Source of the DNA: Octopus vulgaris
Taxonomy: Eukaryota
DNA length: 64,000 bases
Direction: 5' to 3'
NCBI GenBank assembly: GCA_951406725.2
Contig: OX597814.1
Location: 24,118,001-24,182,000 of the forward strand
Shown here: positions 1-12,860 of the stretch, in pieces
Layout: each line of letters starts with the position of its first letter
How positions within the stretch are numbered: position 1 is the first letter of the stretch
Made by a program: the position numbers and the translations under genes
The notes under the pieces: model-generated
The model's input: only the letters and a program-made list of their open reading frames with translations
Told to the model about the DNA's origin: nothing
The model's database searches: none

Positions 1-129
1 TTGAAAAGGCTTTAGAATTAAATTGTCTTCTTTTATCAGTAGTTATCATTATCATCATCGATACCATCATCGTTGTTGTTGTCACTGCTGCTGCCAATGC
101 CACCATCACCACCACCATTGCCATTGTTC

Positions 130-340
130 TCATCATCATCATCATCATCATCATCATCACTTAATACCAGTCTTCCACAATGGCATGAGTTGGACAGTTC
201 ATCAAAATTCTATATCTGAGAGGGTTACATTAAGATTCAGAGTCTGCTTTGGCATGGTTTCTACAGCTGGATGCTCTTCCTGATGCTAACAATTTTTCCA
301 AGTATACTGTGTGATTTTTTCCATATCACCAGCACTAGTG
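130..340 (-). mobile_element. Decayed RTE-family 3' terminus with expanded (CAT)n
   Basis: (CAT)n followed by ...GGTTTCTACAGCTGGATGCTCTTCCTGATGCTAAC. Confidence 0.65.
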
Positions 341-865
341 AAGCCACTATATTATTAAGAAAACTTAAATATCTCTTGACTAAGTGGGAATTTAGTAGAG
401 TGTGAGTTAGCTTTAAATTAGTTGCTAAAGGCTAAAACCATGTTTCTTGTCCTATAAATTCCATACAATGTACTGACACAAGAGAGATAAAATTTATATT
501 TCTTTTTAATCAGTGAGTTTGTTGGTGAACTGGCAGAGGCATAAAAGTGTCCTGTAGAATACTTTTTAATATTTCTTCTGATTCTTAGTGTCCCAGGTTC
601 AACTTTTCATTTCAGCTTTCCAGAATCAATAAATATAATATTAGTCAAGTATAGGGGTGATTCTGTTCTCTCTGTCTATGCCTCAGAATTGGTTCCCCTG
701 TCCTATGAGAAAAGGAATCAGGGACCATTTACAGCATTCTTTCACCAAGAATGGTGAAGGCTTCAACAAAGGGTTAGTAACTTCTCACAGATAAACTGTT
801 ATGCTTGAGGATAACCTAATGTACAAGTATAGTATGGAACAGAATAAAAAAATGAAAGAGAATCA

Positions 866-1135
866 ATCATTATCAATATCATTTAACATCTTCTTTTCCA
901 TGCTTGCATGAGTTGGATGGAATTTGTTGAGGCAGATTTTCTATAGTTGGATGTCCTTTCTGTCACCAACCCTCACCTATTTCTCATTAAGATAATGTCT
1001 TCCGTATCCAGACATGTTTTCATGGAAGATTGAAAATGAAAGTCACTACTTGAATGACGATCATGACATTTGTTTATAATTATCAAGGAGACAGTAACAT
1101 ACACATACACATACATACACACACACACACACACA
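866..1135 (-). mobile_element. Decayed RTE-terminus-related repeat
   Basis: CATTTAACATC...TTTTCCATGCTTGCATGAGTTGGATGG...TTTCTATAGTTGGATGTCCTTTCTGTCACCAAC; related copies at 15466-15720 and 63845-64000. Confidence 0.6.
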
Positions 1136-4100
1136 CAACACTTAGAGATAAAATAATAAACAAATATATTTTTCATTTTTTTTTTTCAACTGTGCTTAGA
1201 AGACTGTCCTACTCATGGAGATTAGAAAATTCCAATAAGTTGTTGCTGTTCAACCAAGTCTTTTCTACTTGTCTCCTGTCTGGCTAAAACCAGAACCTAC
1301 AAGTCAACTGTGGGTCCTATTGAACCAGTGAACCAGTGACTGAGCATTTTTGTGGTTGTTTGACTTGCTAAAAATAACAGTCAGATTTCCTGCCTATCAT
1401 ACTTTATCTTAAAATATAAAGGGTACACTGGATATGAGAGTGCTAAATAAAATGTTTGAAAATAAAATGGAATGGTCATGGCAAGAACGTCTTTAATCAT
1501 AGGTCTGTTTGATTAGATCTGAACTGATGGTGGAGGGCGACTGATTAACAAAAATATCAGACATACAAGAATAGAGGAACGTCAGTGATCATATGTCTAC
1601 TTTATCAGGGCTGACCTAAAGCGAGACAACAACATCAGCAACAGCTGCAGAAGCAACAACAATAACAATAACAACACTAAATACAACTCCAGTCTGCCTA
1701 ACGACTGAATCACAATATGCCTGAACTACCAATATCTATCAAGCAGCACATGTTTTGTGGTGGGGCATCTACATTAAAGATTGCCCATTTTCTTATATAA
1801 TCAATCATAAAATTGAAAAAAAAATCCATAAAAAGATGATTCACTGTTCATGCTTATATGCTTGTATGTTGCTCCCACATTATAATGAATTCAGTTCAGC
1901 CTCTATTGGAGCAGACAAGATGCCATTTATGATTTTGCCTGTCAAATGAGGATATTATCCATATAATAACTGGTTTAAGAATAACATCAAATGAAGCAAG
2001 ACTTTTGAAGTGTATAACTATGTCATCTTAATGGGGATGAGTGATCTATGATAATTTAACTATAAATATCAACATTTTCTTTGTTGATATAATTTTATGT
2101 ACTGAATAAATCAATTTTGGATTAATTAATATTAAAGATGCCAAAAAGAAAATAAATAAAGTAAACTACTTTTCACGGTGTTGCTTCAAGAACTTTGATT
2201 ATATCACTTGAGGAATTAGCCCTTTTCTTTAATTTCTTAAATATCTTTTAAATATAGCAAAATAAAATTGCAAATAATTTCCATGAGAAACAAAAAAAAA
2301 ACCCAGTCCTCATTAAGGAAAGAATAGAGATAAAACAACCATTTATTTGGATTAACAACAAAAAACAAAAATAAACAAAAACAATTTTTTTGATACTTCA
2401 TCTACTTTTTCTTCTTGAATATTTTTTCTGGTCTATCTCACATGAATGGTCATTTTCTTCTTCACATCTGACACTTTGCCCCTACTTGTTTCCCTTCACT
2501 TTCATCATATCCAACTCTTTCAAACTTTACTCTCCTTTTTCTGATAGTGCCTAATGCCTATTTTCTCCCCACTACCTAACCCAGACTCCTAAAACAGCTC
2601 TCTTTTTTTATTAATAGTCAGCTAAATTTCTTTTTTATTTTGTTCTTCCTCCTTATGTTTTATATTTTCTTTTCTTCATATATTTTTTATATCTTTCTCA
2701 TTTTTTTTCTTTTAGTTCTCTTGATCTTATCCTTCTTTGGTGTGCTTCTCTCTTCCCTCTTGCTTCTCTTTTGCTTTGTGTCCATTTTTGTTAGCCTGCC
2801 ATCATTATCACATCCCTTCTTTTATAATCCATTACCATTTTACACCAGCAGTTAAATTGATTCACTGCAATTCTCCTTGCATCACTGTAGTTATTTATGA
2901 TGTCATACTCTTTGGTATTTGCTCGGCAAATGCCATTTCAAATTGACTAGCCACAAGTTTCATGTTGACAGTGGAATTCCCATGAATCTTTCACAGTCAT
3001 TTTGAACAGCGTTGGTTAGAGCATTCCCAGAAGAATTTCACTCAAACAAGGAATGCCCCCATCTCCTATAACTGTTTTTATTATGGCTAAGAAATTTTTC
3101 GCTGAAGTTCTGTAATTAGATTTCTGTAATACAGTTGCGCTAGCTTGGCTCCACCCAGTTGTCAGGGAAGAAGAATTAGTAATCAGTCTCTTCCTATGAG
3201 TTCTTCACCACTGACTCACTCAAAACCTCTATAGCAAGAGCAACTAAATTTCGTGCATATTCCTGATGCTAAATAATTCAAATGGCTTACGACGATAAAT
3301 TCTACAATAAGGTAGCAGCCAAGTCTTTATCATTCTCTTCTATTGTGTCTAGCAGATTGGATGCAAAACATATATTACAGGTTGAGCTAAATGTCGTTTG
3401 TATTGTGCAAAAAAGGAGAAGCACAAAGTCTCATATTTCTTTACATTGTGAAACAACTATAGCTGTCAATAAAGTTTTGCATACCATTCAACAATTTGTA
3501 TGTAATATGAGTTCTGACAGAGATAAACATTTAATAAATGAATATAATTATTCTTAGTTTTTTTCCCCCTACTATCATTATTACTAGGTAAAAGTAATTT
3601 ATTAAGTATAAAAATAGATGTCTATATACTTACATGTAAATACCATTCATAGGTACAGTATCTTCTAATATATAAAGGGAAGAATATTTTCTAAAACATA
3701 TGCAGTAAGAACATACTAAAATGGTTCCTTTCAAAACATTATATATCCTTTCATTTAAAGATGGCACAACACAATTCTTAAGTACAGTGTGGGCATTTTA
3801 TTTGTGAGTGTGTGTTGTGGTTTATGTCAGAGTGAAATAAGAATTCTATGCTGATGATGTAGAAGGAAGTGATTTTTATAATGGTGTTATATTAGTGTTC
3901 ATAATGTATTTATAAACTTGCAACCAGTTGGAGATGTCTAGAAGCTGTGGCAGCTTCATACAAAGCACTTTTATTGTATTGGTTCATCTTATGTTGAGGA
4001 TAATGTGTTTTTAAATAGTTTGAAGTTGTTTTTTTTTTCAAGGTCCAGAAAAGATCAACATTGTATTCTTTTTGTCAGTCAGTGAAATATTTTACTGCTA

Positions 4101-5269
4101 AATGTTGTGCCTTATTAATCAAGTTATTCATCTGTGCATTATTAATCAAACTTCTATTTATTTATTAATTTGGTCAATAATGCTGAAACATTCTATGTGA
4201 TGCATAGAATTTTAGATTTTTACATCATTGGTGTTGCTGTATAACCCCAGGTCAGTGTTATTTGAGGAGACCTATGAAATGTGGGTAATCAGCCAAATGA
4301 CAAGACATGATCTATAGATCAATAACATCAAATATGCTATATTACTATCTCGTTGGTGATTATACGGCACATTTCGACATGAAATAGTTAATTTTATGTG
4401 GTTTAATATTGCAGTCTGGGCATATTATACTCTCTCCGTTATCCACTATGTTACTGAACGCCTATTTGTTTAAGCTCACATCAACTGTATTCCAGCAAAA
4501 TTTCTAATTAAATGCATTCTAACCCTGATCATTTAGTCTTGTTCTTTTTCTTTTTTAAATATAGTGTACTCTAAAATATTTTCCATTGTGTTCCTTGTTA
4601 AGGACATTAAGATGTATCTGGCTATTGCTTCTAGTAAGGAAGCAGCCTCATAGAGGGTTCTTTGTTCATCCACTTCTACTTCTGTATTGTCTCATGGTGG
4701 CCACAATTGATGAGGTTCAATGTCAACTCAGTCAAACTATGACGGTTGCTGTTCCTGTACTCTTATTGCTGGTGTTGTGTATTCCATCAGTTTTTGTAGG
4801 CTAATGGTTTTACAGATATTACAACTAGTTTTGTGTGCATTTGATTTATTCTTTCACTCTTTTATATGTTTCAGCCTTGAGGCTGCGGCCACGCTGGGGC
4901 ACTGCCAGTAAAAGTTTCATGGCAGCCTCCAGATGCCAAAACCCGGGATTTGTTTGTTTGTCTAGAACAAGCTCAAGAGATGACATTCATAGATGTTGTT
5001 GTAATAGTGTTTTGGTGTCTTTTGGATGTGTGTGTTTATTTGGGGATCATTATATGTGTGATGACAGTGACTTTGAAGGTTGTAGATTTCTGCAATAACA
5101 AACTATACTCCGTGCATACTCAGACGATCTTGCTTTTTTAAAACTTAACATTGTAGTTTAGCTGGTTTTTCAAGGAACGTTGTTTTAGATATTAAGATAT
5201 GTGGTCCAGAAATTAGGGATCCCAGCAAAATGAAATTATTTATGATAGAATTTATCGTAAAAATAGATG

Positions 5270-6060
5270 AAGACATGATTGTGTGGTTAAGAAGCTCATC
5301 TTTCAACCATGTGGTTTCAGGTTCAGTTCCACCGCACAGCACCTTAAGCAAGTGTATTCTCATATAGTTTTGTGCTGAGCAATTCCTTGTGAGTGAATTT
5401 TATAACTGGAAATTGTGTGTAAACTTGTCAGATATATATATATATATACACACACACACAGTGCTGGATTAATCATAAAGCAAAATAAGCACATGCTTAG
5501 GGCATGAAGGGAAAGGGGCACCACAGAAATGGTAAATGATTCATGGCTCAAAAGAAATCACTTGAAACTGGCTAAAATAATATTTGAAGTGGTTTATATA
5601 ATTGGAAATATAATTTCGGAGTGTTCAAAGTACCATAGTGAGAATCTGATCAAAGACTTAGCTATTAAAAAAAGTCAGAGAAAGCTTTTGAAATATAAAT
5701 AAAGTTGGTCGTATATAAAAATAAGTATTATTTTCCACCTTATTGTCAGTTCTATTTCATTTTGAAAAATATGAATTTTGTTATGGTCTTATTGTTTATA
5801 TTTTGAATTACATATATATGGAGGCACTAAAGTCTTTTAAGTGCTCAAGGCTTCTTTTGGGTCTTAATCCAGTCCAGCATATGTGTGTGTGTGTGCTTAC
5901 ACGTGTGTGTGTGTTTGTGTTTTTGTCCCACTGGAGTTTGACTTAGCGGTTCAGCAAAAGAGTCCAATAAAATAAGTACTGGGGTTGATCTATTCAACAA
6001 AACTGTTGAAGACAGTGTTTTGGCATAGCTTATGTCCAATGACTGAAACAAATAAACAAA
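5270..6060 (+). mobile_element. Bipartite SINE interrupted by a MITE
   Basis: Head 5270-5458 and tail 5878-6060 match the 18897 family. Confidence 0.75.
5459..5877. mobile_element. hAT-like MITE inserted into a SINE
   Basis: TIRs CAGTGCTGGATTAA / TTAATCCAGTCCAG; separates a SINE head (5270-5458) from its tail (5878-6060). TSD not resolvable inside the microsatellite. Confidence 0.65.
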
Positions 6061-6502
6061 AAAGTTTTTTAAAATATATAGTCTATTAATATATTGAAAC
6101 TTATTAGCTCTTTTTGCTTATAATTCTAGTTACTTTTTTATATCAATTTAGTGAATAATCTTGAAGAAATGTGAACATTGTTAATGCACTAGATAGATCA
6201 AGTCATAGGGAAGCATGTATTAAATGAGAAATCAAATAAGAATCAAATACTTTCATTAAGGAATAATTATATTTCTTGCATTTTATGTTTCAATTTGAGA
6301 AAAACCTAGTTATTTGAAAAATACATTCTAAATATAATGAGATCCTGAGTAAACTAGTATTGGTTGGCATAGCGACAAATCAGTTAATAAAACTTTAAAA
6401 TTTGAGTCAGCATATATGGCATAGAAAAAGTAAATTCTAGTATTTCAGCATAGAAAAATATTTGTTTTTTGTTCTCTGATCAAGATCCAGTTAGTTGTAT
6501 GT

Positions 6503-6771
6503 CACACGTGACCTTGTCACTGACCAGGCTATCATATGTTGTTACATCTCACTGACCACAATGCACATTTGTACTGTTTTAGCCTTCAAATGATGCCACT
6601 CCACTGGCTAGATGAGCAGGCCAACATTCTTCCCTGATCAAAGGGGGAACTGAAGCAGCATGAAATGAAGTGTTTTGCTCAAAAACACAATGTGCCGCCC
6701 GGTCTGGGAATCAAACCCATGATCTGGCAATAATGAGTGCAACAGCCTAACCACTAGGCCACGTGCTTTCA
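6503..6771 (-). mobile_element. tRNA-derived SINE (shared head, different tail)
   Basis: Reverse head CCTAACCACTAGGCCAC and AAGTGTTTTGCTCAAAAACACA; exact 12-bp TSD TTAGTTGTATGT (6491-6502, 6772-6783). Confidence 0.9.
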
Positions 6772-6804
6772 TTAGTTGTATGTATATTTTATAAATATAC
6801 ATAT

Positions 6805-6976
6805 AGGCACAGGAGTGGGTGCGTGGTAAGTAGCTTGCTTACCAACCACATGGTTCTGGGTTCATTTCCACTGCATGGCACCTTGGGCAAGTATCTTCTA
6901 CTATAGCCTCGGGCCAGCCAAACCTTTGTGAGTGGATTTTGTAGATGGAAACTGAAAGAAGCTTGTCGTATGTATG

Positions 6977-7013
<37 letters not shown>

Positions 7014-7146
7014 ATGTGTGTGTGCTTATGTGTTTGTGTTTGTTCCCACAACATGGCTTGACAACCGATGGTGGTGTGGTTACATAATTTGCTCCAGCAT
7101 GGCCTCAGTCAAACGACTGAAACAAGTAAAAGAGTAAAAGAGTAAA
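6805..7146 (+). mobile_element. Bipartite SINE, tail internally deleted
   Basis: GGCACAGGAGTGGGTGCGTGGTAAGTAGCTTGC head, (TA)n(TG)n, terminus GAAACAAGTAAAAGAGTAAAAGAGT. Confidence 0.85.
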
Positions 7147-7810
7147 TAAGTGTGTCTGCGTTATTAAGAAATTTGTTTCGTAACCACATGTTACCAGGTT
7201 CAGACCTACTGCAGAGTAAGTCTCTTCTTTATAGCCATGAGCTGCCCAAAGCTTTGTGAGTAGGTTTGATAGATAGAATCTGAAAGAATTCCCCGCTACC
7301 TACCCCAACAAACTAAACTTCATCTCTTCTCTTCCTCACATTTCCTCTTTTCATGCACTATACTTATATTTATCTCTCACATCCCAATCCTGTCCTCATT
7401 GCCCTGCTTACTGCATCGCTGATAACCTGTTATCCCCCACCCTCTTTATACACCCACATTCCACAAGTCAATGTATACTCAATACCCACTGCATACCCCC
7501 ACCTCTTTGCATTCATGTGAAATCTCTACTCCCTATTCATGTGCCTTTGGCAATACTATACCATTTACATTCTGACCTCCATACTCTGAGGGTATGCCCT
7601 GGCACTTCATCACCATCTCTCTCTCTCTCTTCATCTCTGCTCTACCACCCCATTTATATTCTGATCCATGTTCCTTGTGAGTATGCCCTGGCTCTTCATC
7701 ACTATCTCTCTCCTGCTTGCTCTTGCACTCTCTCACTCTGATTGGGTAACCATGTATCTCCTCTACAGCAACACACCTGTTTCTATCCTCATTCTTGATG
7801 GTGAAGGAGG

Positions 7811-8062
7811 TGATGATGATGATTATGATGATGATGAAGTAGAAGGTGAAGAAGAAGAAGAAGAAGAAGAAGAAGAAAATGAAGAAGAAGAAGAAGAAGA
7901 AGAAGAAGAAGAAGAAGAAGAAGAAGAAAAGGAAGAAGATGAAGAAGATGAAGAAGAAGAAAATGAAGATGATGAAGATGAAAATGAAGATGATGAAGAA
8001 GAGGAAGATGAAGAAGATGAAGAAGGAAAAGAAGATGAAGAAGATGAGGAGGAAAAGAAGAA
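7811..8062 (+). repeat. (GAT)n/(GAA)n compound trinucleotide microsatellite
   Basis: Direct reading; source of the poly-E/D and poly-K ORFs. Confidence 0.97.
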
Positions 8063-9366
8063 GACTAATATTAGTAATTATTACTTAAATATGAATAAAT
8101 TTTCTATTAAATTACAAGATTAAATTTTATGCTTCATATTCAAACTTTACTATAAAAATAAAATAAAGCATGTGACAAATATCAAGCTGACTGATGTGCC
8201 TTGTTGTACTGTTTAGCTTGGCCTATGTTTTACTATTAATTGAGAATTTGAAAAAACAGGATTCATTGATAATTAATGATGAAGCATAAATAACGTATGT
8301 ATAATATTGAACTTCTGCTCTTTGAATGAAAGCTGGAAAAAAATCAGATTCTTCTCTTTGATTCCATTTACATTTTTGTTTTAATTTTTATATTGAAAAT
8401 CAGCAACTATTAAAATCACGAGCATCTAAATATCCATTAATATATCCTGAACTATCTCTGGATCTTTTTGCTTCAACAGAATAGTTACATTACTTCTTAA
8501 AGAAAAATATATTTCTTTAATGTTTACTAGATAAATAGGTTAATGAATAGAAGTTTTCTTGGGAAATTCTGAGAAATCAAGGATAATAAATATAATGTGA
8601 AAAGAAAAAAAAAAAAAATGAATGGGAATGAAGAATTATATTTTGTTTTCGAAGAGAAAATACACAAAAATAAGATTTTGCCTTTCTGTTATTATTCCTA
8701 TATTTTATTACATTTCCTTATTTAATGTGCTTAGTTGAATCATTCAAATCACTTATTTTCATTATATGAGAATCCTCAAAACTGAATTATTGCAATTTAT
8801 GTGTGCTTAATTGTCAGACATTATATTGAGTAAATGAACTTAAGAGTACTTAGTAATCATTTCAAAATGCACATATGAATATGAATAAACAAACAAATAC
8901 ATGCACACATGCACACGCTGATTCTCTGTCTCCCTCACACACACAACCACAAATATACAGGTTTATTTGAACCATAAAGACACATGGTACAGAAAATAAT
9001 AATACAGTATATTGAGATTACTGTCACTGTTAATGCACATATGCAGTTAATGTGTACTGCAAAATAAAGAATTACAGGTGCCAATTATTATTAAGAATAT
9101 GAAGAAAGGAACAAATATGGAAGTTTACATACGAGGGAATTAGGAAAGAAGATGTGGCTGAGTAATGGAACATTCTATTCTCCAAATCAGTTTACTTCCA
9201 AATACTTATGTGAGGAAATAGTCAAAAACTGCATTCCTTAATAGATTTATATATTTCTACTTATCTGTCTCACTGTATGTATGCATGTTTACATATTTAC
9301 ATTTCTCTCTCTCTCTGTCTCTCTTTCGCTCCTCCTCTCTCTCTGCATACATATACATATGCATAC

Positions 9367-9407
<41 letters not shown>

Positions 9408-9423
9408 TATATATATATGTGTG

Positions 9424-9539
9424 CAGGTGGCACATAAAAAACACCATTTGAGCATGGCCGTTGCCAGTACCACCTGACTGGCCCTTGTGCCAGTGGCATG
9501 TTAGGTACCCACTACACTCTCGGAGTGGTTGGCGTTAGG
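9424..9539 (+). mobile_element. RTE-family 3' UTR fragment fused to a SINE tail
   Basis: GGTGGCACATAAAAAACACCATTTGAGC...CCCACTACACTCTCGGAGTGGTTGGCGTTAGG, as in 51230-51360. Confidence 0.7.
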
Positions 9540-9700
9540 TTGTGTTTATGTCCCCATAACTTAGTGGTTCAGCAAAAGAGACCGATAGAATAAGTACTAG
9601 GCTTACAACGAATAAATTCTGTGGTCGATTTGTTCAATTAAAGGTGGTGCTTCAGCATGGCCACAGTGAAATGACTGAAACAAGTAAAAGAATAAAAGAA
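9540..9700 (+). mobile_element. Bipartite SINE tail only
   Basis: AACTTAGTGGTTCAGCAAAAGAGACCGATAGAATAAGTACTAGGCTTAC...TGACTGAAACAAGTAAAAG. Confidence 0.8.
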
Positions 9701-10996
9701 TATATATCATATATATATATCAAATCATACCCTAAATGAAGAAAGGAACAGTAGTTAATGTAGTTCTGCTTATACCCAAAGAGACAATGTAGTGATAGCT
9801 GGAATGACTTTGATCATAGGCTTACTAAATGTCAGTATTAGATGTGTTAATTAGTATTCACTCACCTAATTTTATTTTCAAAGTTAATTATCATTTTGTG
9901 TATCTGAAATCTAATGGGATGTACTTTTTGAAGTAAGAATTTCTTCTTTGAAGCAGAAGTGATGAGAAAGGGTATGTTAATAACAAATAACTAGGTAGAT
10001 GTGGTGAGTACTTTCTAGTAGTATTATGTCCATCATTTGAGCCAGAAATCTGTTAGAAATATTAATAGAGGAGAATATTTAAGAGTAAATCATTGCCACC
10101 ACATATTTCTCAAAGTTTTCCAAATTTATATAATTCAGTGAAGCCATTTAAGTTTTCATGTCACTGGTGATTATCTCCAACTAGTGGTTACACCATATTT
10201 TGAATCTTTAATTATTTGACCATTATGACACAAGCTTCTGAAATTTAAACATGGTAGGATTATATTTTTGGTCATACATCATTAAAATATTTATCAGAAT
10301 TTATTGCTATTATTTCATTCCAGGAATAACTCAATTGCTTCTCGTTTTGTTGGTATGGTTCCTCTCCTCTTTATATTAGAATTTCATACATTGGCCTTTA
10401 AGTGGAATTTGATTCATTTGACAGTAATATCGTAGTCACATATATATCATGTAAAGTTATAAGTCTTTATGGTAAGTGGAGTTAGCTGAGGTCAAATATC
10501 TTTGACAAATATAGGTTACACTGCATTAAGTATGAGGTTGAATACTTTATTTCAGGTCAATTAAATATTATATCAAGTTCAAACATTATCTGAATTATAT
10601 TTTGGAAAATATAAACTTAGTAAGAATATAATGTTAATAGATCTCACTGTTTTTATGACATTATAATTAAAAGAAAAAGGAAGCCAATAACGTAGGATAT
10701 TTTCTATTGTATATATTTTCTTCAAAGTGTGAAACTTCATTTTGTTTCCCCTATGATATTAATATTTTCACAATGGGCAATAAAAACTTTCAGCATCATT
10801 TACTAATATCAAATAATAAAAAAAAAATAGTTTCTTATGTTCAATGTCTTAAAAATGCTATATTAATTATGGCTATATATTTAATCTTTAATATCCACAT
10901 TTGAGTTTCAAATTCAATAAGATATATAAGAGGAGAAGAAAAGAAAAATAACTATCTGAGATGGAACAAATAAAGACAACAACTTCCCAGATATTG

Positions 10997-11042
<46 letters not shown>

Positions 11043-11249
11043 AAACAATGAGAATATTGTATGATGTGAAAATAAACCCCTCCCTTACATGTGTGTGTGT
11101 AATATGTACACACACATATATATATTTATACATACACTCATGCATGCATACACATATATTCACACATGTATATATTCATATTCATATGCATATATTAAAC
11201 TGTTTATATAAATGTATCTCTCTTGCACCCCTCTCTCTCCCTCTCCATA

Positions 11250-11282
11250 TGTATATATATATACACACACACATATATATAC

Positions 11283-11341
<59 letters not shown>
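11250..11341. repeat. (TA)n microsatellite within a TA/CA-rich tract (10998-11390)
   Basis: Direct reading. Confidence 0.97.
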
Positions 11342-11343
<2 letters not shown>

Positions 11344-12659
11344 TTATCTGTTTACGCACTCATATATACATGCGTTCATATGTATGTATATGTTTGCAAA
11401 TTTCTATTTTTGGTTCTGTGAATTCTTCTCCTACAAAGAAGGGAATAGTTTGTAACTAAAACCAAAACTCCATTATTGGAATTTAGATATCAAATCTTAA
11501 AATATATATATATCTTTACTGTTCTGTTTACATATAATAATTTGTAGAATAGCCATACATTTATTGATATCTATCATTCTGTTATCTTTACCATCTTGAT
11601 TATTTATTACTCACACCTTCTCTTACCATCTAGCATTACCCTTCTATATTGTTAGTTACCATTCCCTCTTTTCCAAGCTCCTTGTTATTTACATCTATTA
11701 CATTCTCTGGCCACTATTTCTTTTTGTAGTAATCCTTCACTAACTCTCAACAGTAAACATATCGCAAATATTAGTGCTTTTCTCCTGTTACTCTCTGATA
11801 TTACTGTCTCCCTCATTACACCCTATTAATACTATTCTTCTTCCTCTTCTCTTTCTGACATTGATTTCTGCCATCTCTCCCCTATTTCCACACTGTTATT
11901 CAAATAACTCTATTTTATCATCATCCTCTTTATTTTTTTCTCTCTCTCTCACCCTAATTAATTTTCGTCAGTTACCTACTCTTCTACCTCATTTGTTGGT
12001 TGAAATGCTCCAAATGGTGCTAGTTGTAGTGCCATGATAAAATACATCCAACAAACACTGTGAAGAGATTGGTGCTAGGAAGGACATCCAGCCATTGAAA
12101 TCATATTGAAGATAGAATTATGTAAGAAACAAAGATCCTTAGCCCATCCTGTGGTGAGGGTTAGTAATTTTGAACAAGAATTGACTTGGACTATAGCAGA
12201 AGATTGGGTAAAGGTAGCAAGAGTGTGGGGGAAAACGTGAGTGCTGGATAGAGTTGGAGATGGTCACAGGTTGTTGGATGGGAAAGTAGTCAATGGTGAA
12301 TAGGGATCACACCATTGACCACATCTTCATAATGGTTCCATTCACTACATTCGCTTTTACACCTATCTTGAACCATCTCTCACTTTCCCCACTCTCACTC
12401 AAATGGATTCATCCACTCATCCTTCTCAATTTTTTGGTCTGTACTCTTTCCTATACTCACCTTCTTGTGACATAAGAATGCACTCTGACACATTATTACG
12501 ACTATTGTAGTCTTCTTTCTGGCTCTCTCATTTACTGTTGTATAATGTGGACTAGCAACATATCTCCTCTATAGAAAGTCACCTGTACCTGTCCCTCTGT
12601 CAACTTTACAACACCTGGCATGAAGCCACCACACTTGACCACAGCCCAACTCAATTGAG

Positions 12660-12860
12660 TTACTTGATGACCTTCCTAGAGCTGGTGTCATGAAAAAAGC
12701 ACTCAGTACACTGTGCAAAATGGATGGCATTATGAGGAGCACCCAGCAGTAGAAACTATGCCAAAACAGATATTGGTGCTTGATGCAGTCCTCTGGCTTG
12801 TTGGATCTTGTTAAACTGTCCAAGCCATGCCAACATGAAAGCTGGACGTTGAATGATAAA
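12660..12860 (+). mobile_element. Decayed RTE-family 3' terminus
   Basis: AAAAAGCACTCAGTACACTG...CCAGCAGTAGAAAC...CCATGCCAACATGAAAGCTGGACGTTGAATGAT. Confidence 0.65.

Noticed and set aside
23-283. His/Cys-rich ORF resembling a metal-binding peptide (also 63047-63331)
   Set aside because: It is the (CAT)n tail of a minus-strand RTE terminus.
2400-2855. Hydrophobic membrane-protein-like ORF
   Set aside because: T/C-rich low-complexity tract that yields F/L/S by composition.
7668-8123. 151-aa acidic ORF and overlapping poly-K ORF
   Set aside because: Translation of a GAA/GAT microsatellite; no other coding signal.
11048-11459. YIYI/THTH/CVCV-type ORFs here and throughout the window
   Set aside because: Dinucleotide and tetranucleotide repeats lack stop codons; no domain content.
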